Source: an uncultured Solirubrobacteraceae bacterium | Lineage (GTDB): Bacteria > Actinomycetota > Thermoleophilia > Solirubrobacterales > Solirubrobacteraceae | Direction: 5' to 3' | Assembly: GCA_963845635.1 (NCBI GenBank) | Contig: CAWJSW010000007.1 | Location: 83,655-147,654 of the forward strand | Length of the DNA stretch: 64,000 nt | Shown here: one piece after another, positions 48,501-58,067 of the stretch | Position numbering within the stretch: position 1 is the stretch's first letter | Layout: every line of letters begins with the position of its first letter | Position numbers and translations under genes: made by a program | The notes under the pieces: generated by a model | What the model saw: the letters and a program-made list of their open reading frames with translations, nothing else | What the model was told of the DNA's origin: nothing | Databases searched by the model: none

Positions 48501-50174
48501 CCCGGATCTTGCAGTAACGCCTTAACCATCCGCGCCCCGGGTATTCCGGGGCGCGGGGATGTCCGGCTGAGCTTGGAGAATCGGGGTTGCTGAAGTCCTG
48601 TTCCCGAGCTCAGGAGGATCACCTTGAAGGTGCAGCGCGATGGCCGCGATTTCAAGGTAGTTGCAAGGCCGGACGGAGACGGTCTGGTGTCGCATTCGGG
48701 CAGCGCGATGCTGGTTCAGATCGCCGAGAAGACCGGGCTGAGGAGAGCGCTCTCACAAGAGCTCGAGGAGCTGAAGCTCAGGCATTCCGGGCACGACTTG
48801 GGCCGTGTCGTCCGTGACCTCGCGGTGATGCTCGCCGACGGCGGGGACTGCCTTTCAGACCTCGGGGCGCTTGGCGATCAGGCCGCGTTGTTCGGAGCTG
48901 TCTGCTCGGACGCGACGGCCTTCCGGGCGATCGACCGGATCGCAAGCGACCCCGGTGGACTCGAGCGACTGCGGAGCGCTCACGCCCGCGCACGGGCGCG
49001 CGTGTGGGAGCTCACGGGAGCGCCGGAGGTCGTGGACATCGACCTCGACGCGACGCTCGTCGGCTCGCACTCTGAGAAGGAGGGCGCCGCCGGGAACTTC
49101 AAGGGCGGCTACGGGTTTCACCCGATGCTCGCCTATGCCGATCAGACCGGTGAAGCGCTCGCGGGGGAACTGCGGCCCGGGAACGCCGGCGCAAACACCG
49201 CGGCTGACCAGATCACGGTCTCAGAACACGCGCTCGAGCAGATCCCCAAGGAGCACATCGAGGGCGCAGAGATCCTGCTGCGTGCCGACAGCGCCGGCGC
49301 GAGCCACGAGCTCCTTGACTGGTGCCGCGAGGCCCGGATCGGATTCTCGGTGGGCTATGAACTGAACGAGGTGGTCCGCACCCAGATCCTCCAGATCCCC
49401 GATGGGGACTGGGTTTCGGCTGTTGAGCAGGACGGCACTCCGCGCACCAACGGACAGGTGGCCGAGCTCACCGCGGCCCTTGACCTTGAGGGCTGGCCCG
49501 AGGGCTCGCGGGTGATCGTGCGCCGTGAGCGCGCCCACCCCGGCGCGCAGCTCACCTTCTCAGACCACGACGGTCACCGCTTCCAGGCGATCCTCACCGA
49601 CCAGACCGGCGAGCCCGCCGAGCTCGAGCGCCGACACCGCGCCCGCGCGCACGTCGAGGATCACATCCGAAACGACAAGGACACCGGCTTGCGCAACCTG
49701 CCCTTCAAAGAGTTCGAGCACAACCGCGTCTGGCTGGCAATCGTCCAGATCGCACACGACCTCATCATCTGGATGAAGCGGCTCCTCTTCACCGGCACGC
49801 TGGCGCGCTCAGAGCCCAAGCGGCTGCGCTACCGAATCCTTCACGTCGCCGGGCGCCTTGCCTTCCACGCCCGCTCAGCGACACTACGGCTGCAGGCCGG
49901 CTGGCCCTGGGCCGCAGAGCTCACGAGCGCGTTCGAGCGCCTGACAGCGCTCCCGGCGCCATCGGGCTGAGCGCGCCGGACAGCGCACTCAGATTCCGAC
50001 CAGCCCGACGCCAGCGGACGAGCGAAGCATGCCCGCCAACGAGCTCCCAGTGCCGCGAAGCGCGACCAGAGTGTCCTTCAACAAGGAGCGCATGCCCGAG
50101 CAGGACACGCCCGGGCGACCGAGGCTCAGCGAGCCCGAAAAGCTCACATCAAACGCGTTACTGCAAGATCCGGG
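48501..50174 (+). mobile_element. IS1380-family insertion sequence, 1674 bp
   Basis: Perfect 20-bp TIRs CCCGGATCTTGCAGTAACGC (48501-48520) and its reverse complement (50155-50174); 4-bp flanks CTAG/TTAG differ at one base. Confidence 0.92.
48624..49970 (+). CDS. IS1380-family DDE transposase
   Basis: DIDLDATL, GYGFHPML, LRPGNAGANT, LLRADSAG and RARAHVEDHIR motifs; AGGAGG before TTG. Confidence 0.93.
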   Translation: MKVQRDGRDFKVVARPDGDGLVSHSGSAMLVQIAEKTGLRRALSQELEELKLRHSGHDLGRVVRDLAVMLADGGDCLSDLGALGDQAALFGAVCSDATAFRAIDRIASDPGGLERLRSAHARARARVWELTGAPEVVDIDLDATLVGSHSEKEGAAGNFKGGYGFHPMLAYADQTGEALAGELRPGNAGANTAADQITVSEHALEQIPKEHIEGAEILLRADSAGASHELLDWCREARIGFSVGYELNEVVRTQILQIPDGDWVSAVEQDGTPRTNGQVAELTAALDLEGWPEGSRVIVRRERAHPGAQLTFSDHDGHRFQAILTDQTGEPAELERRHRARAHVEDHIRNDKDTGLRNLPFKEFEHNRVWLAIVQIAHDLIIWMKRLLFTGTLARSEPKRLRYRILHVAGRLAFHARSATLRLQAGWPWAAELTSAFERLTALPAPSG

Positions 50175-50225
50175 TTAGTCCGCGGACGAACGCGTGCCCC
50201 GGCCCTCCCGAGCGCTTACCGTGCG

Positions 50226-50255
50226 AACGTAGTCGAGCCCGACGCGCCGAGTCAA
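50226..50255 (-). promoter_or_regulatory. Candidate native promoter of the SGNH gene, now separated from it by the IS
   Basis: TTGACT (50250-50255) - 18 nt - TACGTT (50226-50231) on the minus strand, pointing into the IS. Confidence 0.55.
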
Positions 50256-50380
50256 GGGCAAGAAGGTGAATTTCCGTACTTTCTTTTACCTCGGAGCTAA
50301 CTTTTGTCGCCGAGGAACATTCATGCTCTCGCCTCACACAAAATCTTACACTTGTGCGACAAGCGAGCGCCGTCAGGGGA

Positions 50381-51235
50381 TCAGCCGCTGTCGGGCGTGC
50401 GCGTTGGCTGCGGCGAGCTGTCCGTCGTGCTGGGTAGACGTTCCGCCCACCATTCGAGCGGCACGATCCGAAGGGCGAGCTGCATCGTGGCGCGCTCGAG
50501 CACCTCGGCCAGCTGGGCGATCGCAGCCAGGTAGTCCGTCAGTTCGTCGTCGTCGACGTTCTGCTGCATCCCGACCGCGAGGACTGCCGCGGCTGAGACG
50601 CCGACGCCTGGGGTCACGTCGCTCGTGTCGCCGTAGTTGAGCAGGCTGCCAACCCAGGCTATGCGGCTGTAGAGCTCGACGTGGCGGTCGATGATCTCGG
50701 CGTATGCGCTCGAGTTGACCATCATGCTCGCCCAGCGCCCGAGCACCTCATCGCTGCTGCCGAGCAGCCGCTCGATCAGGCCGCGCAACAGCAAGCGCCG
50801 GTCGGGGTCGGCAAGCTGCGCGCGCAGCGCGGCGACGACGCGTGGCGTGTCGCGGGCAGCGCGCGCGCCTGCATCGAGCGTCTGCCCGGTTTCGTGACCG
50901 CTCGGCATCAGGCCCGACAGCTGCATCAGCCCGATCCAGGTGAGCCGAGCGTGGCTAACGAGCTGGAAGAGCACATATTGGGCCAGCACACTCCAGCGCC
51001 GACGCTGGCGGCGTCCAAGCACCTCGTTGATGACGGCCACCGACAGTCCGACCACGAGCAGGCTTGCAACGAGATCGGTGAGCAGCGCATGGTGATCCCA
51101 GAACTGGTTGTCCAGCTGGTCGAACACAACCGCCGCGACGAGCGCGAGCGCGGCGGCAGCTCCGATCAACCGCGTCTGCCACACATAGCTTTCGACCGAA
51201 GTCGACCTGCGCGGACCGAGATCGTGACGGGCCAT
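50381..51235 (-). CDS. Hypothetical membrane protein (2 N-terminal TM helices)
   Basis: TAAGCT 7 nt before ATG; two hydrophobic segments followed by a helical domain. Confidence 0.7.
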   Translation of the reverse strand: MARHDLGPRRSTSVESYVWQTRLIGAAAALALVAAVVFDQLDNQFWDHHALLTDLVASLLVVGLSVAVINEVLGRRQRRRWSVLAQYVLFQLVSHARLTWIGLMQLSGLMPSGHETGQTLDAGARAARDTPRVVAALRAQLADPDRRLLLRGLIERLLGSSDEVLGRWASMMVNSSAYAEIIDRHVELYSRIAWVGSLLNYGDTSDVTPGVGVSAAAVLAVGMQQNVDDDELTDYLAAIAQLAEVLERATMQLALRIVPLEWWAERLPSTTDSSPQPTRTPDSG

Positions 51236-51318
51236 CGCGGCGAGCTTACGTTGGACGGGTGTCACACGCCCACGTGCGGTGATCGATCATCGATCCCCGT
51301 CCTCTGCTCTCGCGTCTG

Positions 51319-52086
51319 TCACGCCGCGGTGTTGGTGAGATCGTCTGAGCGTCCCGCGTCGATGCGCGACCATTGCGCTCGCGGGCGCCCGTCAGTCCGG
51401 TAGTTGGCATGCATCGGCGCCGCTTGTGGCCAGCCCGCGGGCGAGTCCTCCCACATCTCCTGGCGGCCGTACACCGTCAGGTCCTTCAACGCATAGAGGT
51501 TGTCCATCGCCTCGGCGCCGCGGCCGCTGGTCCAGTAGGTCTCGAACGTCCGGTCACCATCGCGCAGGTAGCACACGAGCTGGAATTTGCCGATCTCACG
51601 ACCAGCCAAGAGCGTGTCAAGCGACTGTTGGGCCGAGTACCACGGCATCGTCCAGCCCATGAAGTCGCGGTAGCGGCTGCTCTCCTCGTAGGGACCCTGG
51701 CAGAGGGTGGCGTAGGTGATGTTCTGAGCGCGCAGGTAATCGAGCTCACCGATCTGCGAGCTGTAGAAGGTGCAGCCCTCGCACTGCTCGGCCGCGGAGC
51801 ACCCCGAGGCCCACATGAAGTAATAAGCGATCAGCTGCCGGCGGCCCTCGAACACGTCAAGCAGGGTGACCGGCCCGTCCGGTCCGGTCAGCGGGGTGCT
51901 CGCGTCGACCTCGGTCATCGGCAGCCGTCGGCGGGCCGCAGCGATCGCGTCGCCCGCGCGAGTGTGGGCCTTCTCACGGACTCGCAGCGCGTCGAGCTCT
52001 GCTCGGAACGTGGCCCGGTCGACCACGGCCGGGGTCGCCGCGTGACCGAGCTCGGCTTGCTGCTTGGTGCGGTTCTCAGTGCTCAT
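51319..52086 (-). CDS. DUF899 family thioredoxin-like protein
   Basis: REKAHTRAGDAIAAARRRLPM, LLDVFEGRRQLIAY, CEGC and TYWTSGRG; AGGAGAGG upstream. Confidence 0.88.
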   Translation of the reverse strand: MSTENRTKQQAELGHAATPAVVDRATFRAELDALRVREKAHTRAGDAIAAARRRLPMTEVDASTPLTGPDGPVTLLDVFEGRRQLIAYYFMWASGCSAAEQCEGCTFYSSQIGELDYLRAQNITYATLCQGPYEESSRYRDFMGWTMPWYSAQQSLDTLLAGREIGKFQLVCYLRDGDRTFETYWTSGRGAEAMDNLYALKDLTVYGRQEMWEDSPAGWPQAAPMHANYRTDGRPRAQWSRIDAGRSDDLTNTAA

Positions 52087-52197
52087 GGAGCTTCCTCTCC
52101 TAGGTCGGGTGTAGCCGCAGTCATATCTGGGCTCGGTGTCGAGATACCGGCGCACCCCACCCTGGAGGCGCGCCAGACGATCCCGTGGTTGCTGAGG

Positions 52198-53664
52198 TCA
52201 GCTGGCGCCGGCGGCCAGCGGCTGGGCGTCACAGGTGGTGCTTTCGGCCAGCGCGCTCGAGAGCTCCTTCCCGCGCACGAGCGCGAAGATCACGGGAAGG
52301 GAGATCAGCGCGATCGCTCCGAGCACCCAGAAGGCGGCGCGGAAGCCACCTGTGAGCGCCCCCGGCGCCGCGGTGCCGGCGTGGAGCAGCGTCTGGCTGT
52401 GGCTCGCGGCGACGCTCGAGGCGATCGCGATCCCAAGCGCGCCACCCAGCTGCTGGGAAGTGTTCAGGAGCCCTGAGGCGAGCCCGGCCTGGTGCTCGCG
52501 GACGCCGGCAAGCGCGGCGATCGAGATCGGGATGAACGAGAACGCGGTTCCCGCGCCGGCAACGACCATCGGACCCGCGAGGTTCTGCATGAAGTGACCG
52601 TCTACGGGCACCTGCGTCGCCCAGATCACGCCCGCCCCGATCAGCGTCATGCCGAGCGCCATCACGATCTTTGCGCCCACGCGCGTGACCAGCGCCTGCG
52701 CGACGCCGGCGAGCGCGACCGAGGTGATCGAAGCGGCCAGCCACGCGACGCCGGTCTGGAGTGCGCTCCAGTGGAGCACCTGCTGCATGTACAGGGTTCC
52801 GATGAAGATGAACGAGTAGAAGCTACCGGTCAGCAACAGCCCGGCGGCGTTCGCCCCGGCGAGCGTACGCAGGCGGAAGATCGAGAGCGGCAGCACAGGC
52901 GACTCGGCGCGGCTCTCGATCGCCAGGAACCCGACCAGCAGCGCCACGGACGCGGCCAGCAAGACGAGCGTGCGCGTCGCGCCCCACCCGTACTGTGGTG
53001 CCTGGGAGATCGCGTCGACGAGCAGCACCAGCCCACCGGTGCCGGCGACGGCGCCAGCTGCGTCGAACTTGCGACGCGCCGTGTCGAGGCGGCTCTCCGG
53101 CACGACCCTACGCGCTAGCGCGAGCGTCACGGCGCCGATTGGAACGTTGAGGTAGAAGATGTACTGCCAGCCGGCGTAGCGGGTCAGCAGGCCACCGGCG
53201 ATCAGTCCGACGGTCGCGCCGCCGGCGCCGAGCCCGCCCCAGATCCCGAGCGCCTTGTTGCGCTCGGCACCCTCGGCGAACATGTTCATCACGCTCGATA
53301 GCGCAGCCGGCAGCATGATCGCTGCGCCCAGTCCCTGTACGGCCCTGGCGGAGATCAGGAACAGCTCGCTGCCCGCCAGCGCGCATGCGAGCGACGCCGT
53401 CGTGAACACGGCCAGCCCGATCATCAGCACCCGGCGACGGCCGAGAAGATCGGCGGCGCGACCACCGAGCAGCAGAAAGCCGCCGAAGGTGAGCGCGTAT
53501 GCGGTCACGACCCATTGCAGGCTCGTCTGGGTGAAGTGCAGGTCGCGGCCGATCGTGGGCAGCGAGACGTTCACGATCGTCAGATCGACGATCGTCATGA
53601 AGTACGCGACCGCCAACAGGGCGAACGCGCGCCAACGGTTGATCTTGGGTGATGCAGGGATCAT
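52198..53664 (-). CDS. MFS efflux transporter, DHA2 (EmrB/QacA) family
   Basis: DLTIVNVSLP, WVVTAYALTFGGFLLLGGRAADLLGRR and WQYIFYLNVPIG motifs; about 14 TM segments. Confidence 0.92.
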   Translation of the reverse strand: MIPASPKINRWRAFALLAVAYFMTIVDLTIVNVSLPTIGRDLHFTQTSLQWVVTAYALTFGGFLLLGGRAADLLGRRRVLMIGLAVFTTASLACALAGSELFLISARAVQGLGAAIMLPAALSSVMNMFAEGAERNKALGIWGGLGAGGATVGLIAGGLLTRYAGWQYIFYLNVPIGAVTLALARRVVPESRLDTARRKFDAAGAVAGTGGLVLLVDAISQAPQYGWGATRTLVLLAASVALLVGFLAIESRAESPVLPLSIFRLRTLAGANAAGLLLTGSFYSFIFIGTLYMQQVLHWSALQTGVAWLAASITSVALAGVAQALVTRVGAKIVMALGMTLIGAGVIWATQVPVDGHFMQNLAGPMVVAGAGTAFSFIPISIAALAGVREHQAGLASGLLNTSQQLGGALGIAIASSVAASHSQTLLHAGTAAPGALTGGFRAAFWVLGAIALISLPVIFALVRGKELSSALAESTTCDAQPLAAGAS

Positions 53665-53702
53665 CGGGACCTCCAGCTCGTGGTCGGGACGTTTATGCCG
53701 AT

Positions 53703-53733
53703 AGAGATCCGTCGGCGGGCTTCAATCCATCGC
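53703..53733 (-). promoter_or_regulatory. ECF-type bipartite promoter, copy 1 (upstream of the MFS gene)
   Basis: GCGATGGATT-N12-CGGATCTCT; the boxes and spacing are identical to the copy at 56005-56035. Confidence 0.75.
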
Positions 53734-53795
53734 CCGGCAGGCCGGACGTGCATGGACAGGCTGCCTCCGTGCTCCCGGCAGCGCCGAGACGCGCC

Positions 53796-54824
53796 TCAGG
53801 GCGCGACGGTCTCGGGCAGACCGAAGCCGGCGAACAGCGACGAGCTGCGGAAGCACGTGATGTCGGTGATCTGAGCGCCGCCCAGCGTGAGCACCGTGAC
53901 GGCGTCCGCGCTGAACTGCTGTGCCTGCGCATCCCAGAGATAGGAGCCGAACGCCGGTTGCCCGTTCGCGCCGACCTCCACGAGCCGCCAGCGCCTTCCA
54001 GCTGCGAGCGGCCTGGCGCGCATGAACGTCGCGATCCTGTCCTGCCCACGAAACCAGGTGGGGTGCGGCGGCATCGCGAACGTCGCATCGCGCGCGAGCA
54101 GTTCGACGACCGAGTCGACGTCTGCTCGCTCCCATGCCGCCACGAAACGGTCGACGATCTCGCGCAGCTGCGCGTCGCCGAGCACAGCGATAGTGGCCTG
54201 CTGGCTTTGATCGGGAAGTCGCTCGTCCACGGTCTTGTGGGCGCGCTGGAGAGCGCTATCCACTGCGACCGAGCTGATATCAAGCGCCTCGCCGACCTCC
54301 TTGGCCGAGAACCCGAGCACGTCGCGGAGAATCAGCACGGCGCGCTGGCGCGCGGGGATGTTCTGGAGGGCCGCAACGAAGGCGAGCTCGAGGCTCTCGC
54401 GGTGCTCATAGTGAGCGTCCGGCCTGGAGGCGAGATCGCCGCCGCCTCCCAGCGATTCCGGATACGGCTCGATCCACACGGACTCGACCAGCGGCGCGGC
54501 GAGCGCGTCGTGAGGATCGGCGGCCGGTCCGTAGTCGATCGGGAGCACCCGCTTGGGTCGCCGCTCGATCGCCTTCAGCGACGCGTTCGTCGCGATCTTG
54601 TACAGCCACGACTTCAGTGAGCTGCGCTGCTCGAAGCGCGGCAGCGCGCGCCACGCGCTCAACAACGTCTCCTGGAGTGCATCCTCAGCGTCCTGGTAGG
54701 AGCCGAGCATGCGATAGCAGTGCGCGTGGAGCACCGCGCGGTAGGGCTCGACGAGGCGCGCGAAGGCGGCCTCGTCGCCGCGGCGTGCAGCGGCCAGCAG
54801 GTCGCGCTCAGCCATGCTCAGCAT
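53796..54824 (-). CDS. ECF sigma factor with a C-terminal SnoaL-like extension (SigG-like)
   Basis: HCYRMLGS..DAEDALQET, WLYKIATN, region 4 QRAVLILRDVLGFSAKEV; C-terminal FVAAWERADVD...ATFAMPP domain. Confidence 0.92.
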   Translation of the reverse strand: MLSMAERDLLAAARRGDEAAFARLVEPYRAVLHAHCYRMLGSYQDAEDALQETLLSAWRALPRFEQRSSLKSWLYKIATNASLKAIERRPKRVLPIDYGPAADPHDALAAPLVESVWIEPYPESLGGGGDLASRPDAHYEHRESLELAFVAALQNIPARQRAVLILRDVLGFSAKEVGEALDISSVAVDSALQRAHKTVDERLPDQSQQATIAVLGDAQLREIVDRFVAAWERADVDSVVELLARDATFAMPPHPTWFRGQDRIATFMRARPLAAGRRWRLVEVGANGQPAFGSYLWDAQAQQFSADAVTVLTLGGAQITDITCFRSSSLFAGFGLPETVAP

Positions 54825-55183
54825 CGCTCCCTCTGTTGCCAGAGCGCGATCTGGCCCGCCTCGGCGGTCGAGATCACGCTGCGCCAGCCCGCGGGCCCCT
54901 CGCAGGGCCCGAGCAGCACGCGTGCGCCGATCTTCACCGCATACGCGGTGCTGGCGTGGATCTGCGCGACCGCGACGTACGGCAACCACAGAGCCGGGCG
55001 CAGGCCGCAGTCGACGATCCCGGCGCCGAGCGCGCCGCCGATCTCGAGCGCAGCGTATGTGCCGGCGGGCGTGTCGATCTGCTCAGAGCGCCAGCGCAGC
55101 AGCCGTGAGACGAACAGCCGCGCGCGCTCGAGGTCGCCGGTGTGCAGCTCGAGGTGAACCACCGGGCTCGGCGCAGGCGTCAT
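54818..55183 (-). CDS. VOC/glyoxalase family protein
   Basis: VVHLELHTGDLERARLF, WLPYVAV and GQIALWQ; overlaps both neighbours. Confidence 0.82.
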   Translation of the reverse strand: MTPAPSPVVHLELHTGDLERARLFVSRLLRWRSEQIDTPAGTYAALEIGGALGAGIVDCGLRPALWLPYVAVAQIHASTAYAVKIGARVLLGPCEGPAGWRSVISTAEAGQIALWQQRERC

Positions 55184-55971
55184 TTCGCCGCTCCAGGCAG
55201 CTTCTGAAGCCCGCCGCTTGACAGCAGATACTCAGGGGCTACCGCCGCAGCGTCGGCGGTGACGAGATCGAGCACGGCGGCGCCCGCCAGATCCGGGGTG
55301 AGCGGGTCCCCGAAGCGCCGGATGTACTGCTCCTCGGACTGGCCGCTACGGATGGCGTAGGCGCGGACGGCCGGACGTCCCAGCTCGGTCAGCGGCGTGA
55401 TCCGCGGCAGCACCGCGCTGAAGCTGATGCCCAGGCCGGCGCGCTCTGCCTCTTCCCGGGCATAGCCGGTGATGAAGCGCTGGGTGGACTTCGCGCCCGC
55501 GTAGCCTCCGCTCAGAGGCGAGCCCGCGAGCGCAGCACCACTACTCACCACGACCACCCGGCTCCCCGGGCGCAAAGGCTTGAGCAGCGCCTCGCGCAGC
55601 CAGTGGAACGCGATCCGAACATCGCTGTGCCAATTGACGGAGAACGTCTCCCAGGTCTGGCCTTGCAGCGGACGCATCAGCGGGGTCGCGCCGGCCGCCA
55701 GAGCCAGCACCTCCGGCTCATAGCGGTCGATGAGATCGCCGGCTACGATCGCGTCGCTCGCGTCGGCGAGCACCGGCTCGATCTCGCCCGAGGCGCCGGA
55801 CAGCTGCTCGAGTCCGGCGGGAGTGCGCGCAACAGCCACCACGCGAGCACCAGACGCCCCGAACGCCCTCGCGATCCCGGCACCCAGGCCACGACTCGCG
55901 CCCACGACGATCGCGGTTCGCCCGCTCAGATCGGTGTTGGTGTCCTGCGTGTTCACGGGGTCGGCGGTCAT
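55180..55971 (-). CDS. Short-chain dehydrogenase/reductase
   Basis: VVGASRGLG, VVVVSS and YAGAK catalytic motif; GGAGG upstream. Confidence 0.87.
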   Translation of the reverse strand: MTADPVNTQDTNTDLSGRTAIVVGASRGLGAGIARAFGASGARVVAVARTPAGLEQLSGASGEIEPVLADASDAIVAGDLIDRYEPEVLALAAGATPLMRPLQGQTWETFSVNWHSDVRIAFHWLREALLKPLRPGSRVVVVSSGAALAGSPLSGGYAGAKSTQRFITGYAREEAERAGLGISFSAVLPRITPLTELGRPAVRAYAIRSGQSEEQYIRRFGDPLTPDLAGAAVLDLVTADAAAVAPEYLLSSGGLQKLPGAAK

Positions 55972-56004
55972 TGTTGCCTCCATCTCTGGTCGCGATGTGT
56001 ATCC

Positions 56005-56035
56005 AGAGATCCGGATGCGCGCGCGAATCCATCGC
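56005..56035 (-). promoter_or_regulatory. ECF-type bipartite promoter, copy 2 (upstream of the SDR-VOC-sigma operon)
   Basis: GCGATGGATT-N12-CGGATCTCT. Confidence 0.75.
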
Positions 56036-56182
56036 TGGTTACGCCCAGCGTCGTGCGAGGTCAAAGTGCCGTACTATCGCTGCCCACAGGCAGGATGGAG
56101 CGGGGGTGCGGGTGCGGGTCCTGAGTATTGGCTGAGCCCTGTTCGTGATCGGGGTGTCGGTCCCAACCAGTGGAGGTGGCAG

Positions 56183-56653
56183 ATGGCCGAGCCCGGACAG
56201 CAGGCAGAGGAAGTCGTCCTGACCCATTTCATCGTCTCTGACGACGTCGAGCGCTCTCGGCGCTTCTACACCGACGTGCTCGGCGGCAAGGTTGCCTTCT
56301 CCGCCCCCGGAGGGCCGACCAATGTAGCGCTAGCCAACAGCTGGATTGTGATCAACGCAGGTGGGGGCCCGACCGACGACAAGCCGACGGTCGCCCTGGA
56401 GACGCCTCGCGACCTCGACCGGGTCAGCAGCTTCCTCAATATCCGGGTCAAGGACATCGAGGCCGTGTACGCGGCATGGAGCGCCCGCGGTGCTCAATTC
56501 CTGACGCCACCCAAGCAGCACAAATACGAGATCCGCTGCTACATCCGCGACCCCGACGGTCACCTGATCGAGGTCGGTCAGACCACCGACCCCGACGGGG
56601 ACTGGACCCCCCCACAATGGCTGTCGAGTGCGAGCGGCGGTGGGTCTGCCTGA
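56183..56653 (+). CDS. VOC/glyoxalase family protein
   Basis: IVSDDVERSRRFYTDVLGG, LNIRVKDIEAVY and RDPDGHLIEVGQ motifs; GGAGG upstream. Confidence 0.88.
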   Translation: MAEPGQQAEEVVLTHFIVSDDVERSRRFYTDVLGGKVAFSAPGGPTNVALANSWIVINAGGGPTDDKPTVALETPRDLDRVSSFLNIRVKDIEAVYAAWSARGAQFLTPPKQHKYEIRCYIRDPDGHLIEVGQTTDPDGDWTPPQWLSSASGGGSA

Positions 56654-56680
56654 CGCGGGGCAACCGCGATGCGGAGTCTC

Positions 56681-57418
56681 CTAGTGGGCGTCACTGTCGA
56701 CGTCAGCGGCGAGCTTCTGGCGCTTGCCGGCGCCACGAGCCCGCGGTCGCGTAGGACGCGAGCTTGGAGGCGCCAGGAATCCGTCGAGCACACGACGGAC
56801 ATCGTCGGGGGCCCCCTCCTCGCCGAGCCGCATAGCGGTATTCGCAGCGATCAACACAGCGTCGATCTGGAAGGCCGCTAGATCGGCGTCCACGTCTGCG
56901 ATCTCACCTGACGCTGCTGCCTGTCGGAGTTCAGATCCGATCAGCTCGCGCCAGGCTCGTTGCTGGCGCGCGAGGGTCTCCTGGACCGGTCCAGGTCGAC
57001 CGTCGAAGTCGGCCTGGTTCGCCGCCCAGAAGCAGCCGCCCGGGAACAGCGGCGCCCGCGCATAGACAATCCAGCGCTCGATCAGCGAGCGCAGGCGCGC
57101 GAGGCCGGGCGGCGCCGCCTGAGCCGGGTGGATGATCGCTTCGGCGAACAGCTCCCGTGCGAGCTCCGCGACAGCAACCTGGAGGTTCTCCTTCGTGCCG
57201 AACAGGGTCTGAACACCGCTCTTGCTCAGTCCCAGGTCGCTGGCGAGCCGTCCGAGGCTAAGACCGCTGAGTCCCTCCAACGACGCGACGTCGACGGCAT
57301 GGCGCAGGATCGTACGCCGGGAGCGCGCGCCACGTAGCAGCCGTCCGTCCGTGACCACGGGCTCTGCGTCCTCCGCAGCCGCGGCGCGGACATCTGATCG
57401 CCGTGAGGAATCGCTCAT
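56681..57418 (-). CDS. TetR/AcrR family regulator
   Basis: ILRHAVDVASLEGLSGLSLGRLASDLGLSKSGVQTLFGTKENLQ HTH; GGCFW ligand-domain motif. Confidence 0.9.
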   Translation of the reverse strand: MSDSSRRSDVRAAAAEDAEPVVTDGRLLRGARSRRTILRHAVDVASLEGLSGLSLGRLASDLGLSKSGVQTLFGTKENLQVAVAELARELFAEAIIHPAQAAPPGLARLRSLIERWIVYARAPLFPGGCFWAANQADFDGRPGPVQETLARQQRAWRELIGSELRQAAASGEIADVDADLAAFQIDAVLIAANTAMRLGEEGAPDDVRRVLDGFLAPPSSRPTRPRARGAGKRQKLAADVDSDAH

Positions 57419-57447
57419 GTGGGTGAATCTTGCCACATCTCGCGTCC

Positions 57448-57476
57448 TTTACATACGATCGATCGTATACTATGCT
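57448..57476 (+). promoter_or_regulatory. Promoter with an embedded perfect 16-bp operator
   Basis: TTTACA (57448)-N17-TATGCT (57471); palindrome ATACGATCGATCGTAT at 57453-57468. Confidence 0.8.
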
Positions 57477-57560
57477 CGCCAACGGAGGGGCTCCACGACG
57501 CCGGGCGGCGCGTGGCGCCCTGCCGCCAGAGAACCGACCGAAGCAGAGGAGATAGAGCCA

Positions 57561-58067
57561 ATGGACGAAGATCGGATGTTCGAGCTGGCGCAAGCACTAG
57601 CTGTCGCCAAGAGCCGACAGGACGTCCCCGCGGCGTTGAAGCTGTGCCACGCCGAGATGGTGCTGGAAGCGCCTGCCTTCGGGAGCGTCGCTCGCGGATT
57701 GGCCGAGAATGAGCAGGCACTGCACGGGTTCTTCACGTCTTTCCCCGACTATCACGTCGAGCTCGACGGGAGCGCTAGCTCGAGTGACGCGCTGGTCTGT
57801 TGGGGTACGGTCCACATGACGATGACAGGCGACCGATTCGCGGTCGTGCCAAACGGCCATCGCGCGGTGCTGGCGGTGTTCATCAGGTTCGCGTTCAAGG
57901 ACGATCTGATCGCGAGCGAGCGATTCTTCTTCGATCTGTCGGCGCTCTGCGCTCAATCCGGCGTCTCGACGGACGCGGTCCGTGGGAGGCTGTTTGGAGA
58001 GGCCATCCAGTCCAACGCACAGCACGACGGCTCGCGCACTGTGAAGGAGGCGATTGCCAGTGTCTGA
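57561..58067 (+). CDS. SnoaL-like / ester cyclase (NTF2 fold) protein
   Basis: GLAENEQALHGFFTSFPDYHV, LVCWG, FAFKDDLIASERFFFD. Confidence 0.82.
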   Translation: MDEDRMFELAQALAVAKSRQDVPAALKLCHAEMVLEAPAFGSVARGLAENEQALHGFFTSFPDYHVELDGSASSSDALVCWGTVHMTMTGDRFAVVPNGHRAVLAVFIRFAFKDDLIASERFFFDLSALCAQSGVSTDAVRGRLFGEAIQSNAQHDGSRTVKEAIASV

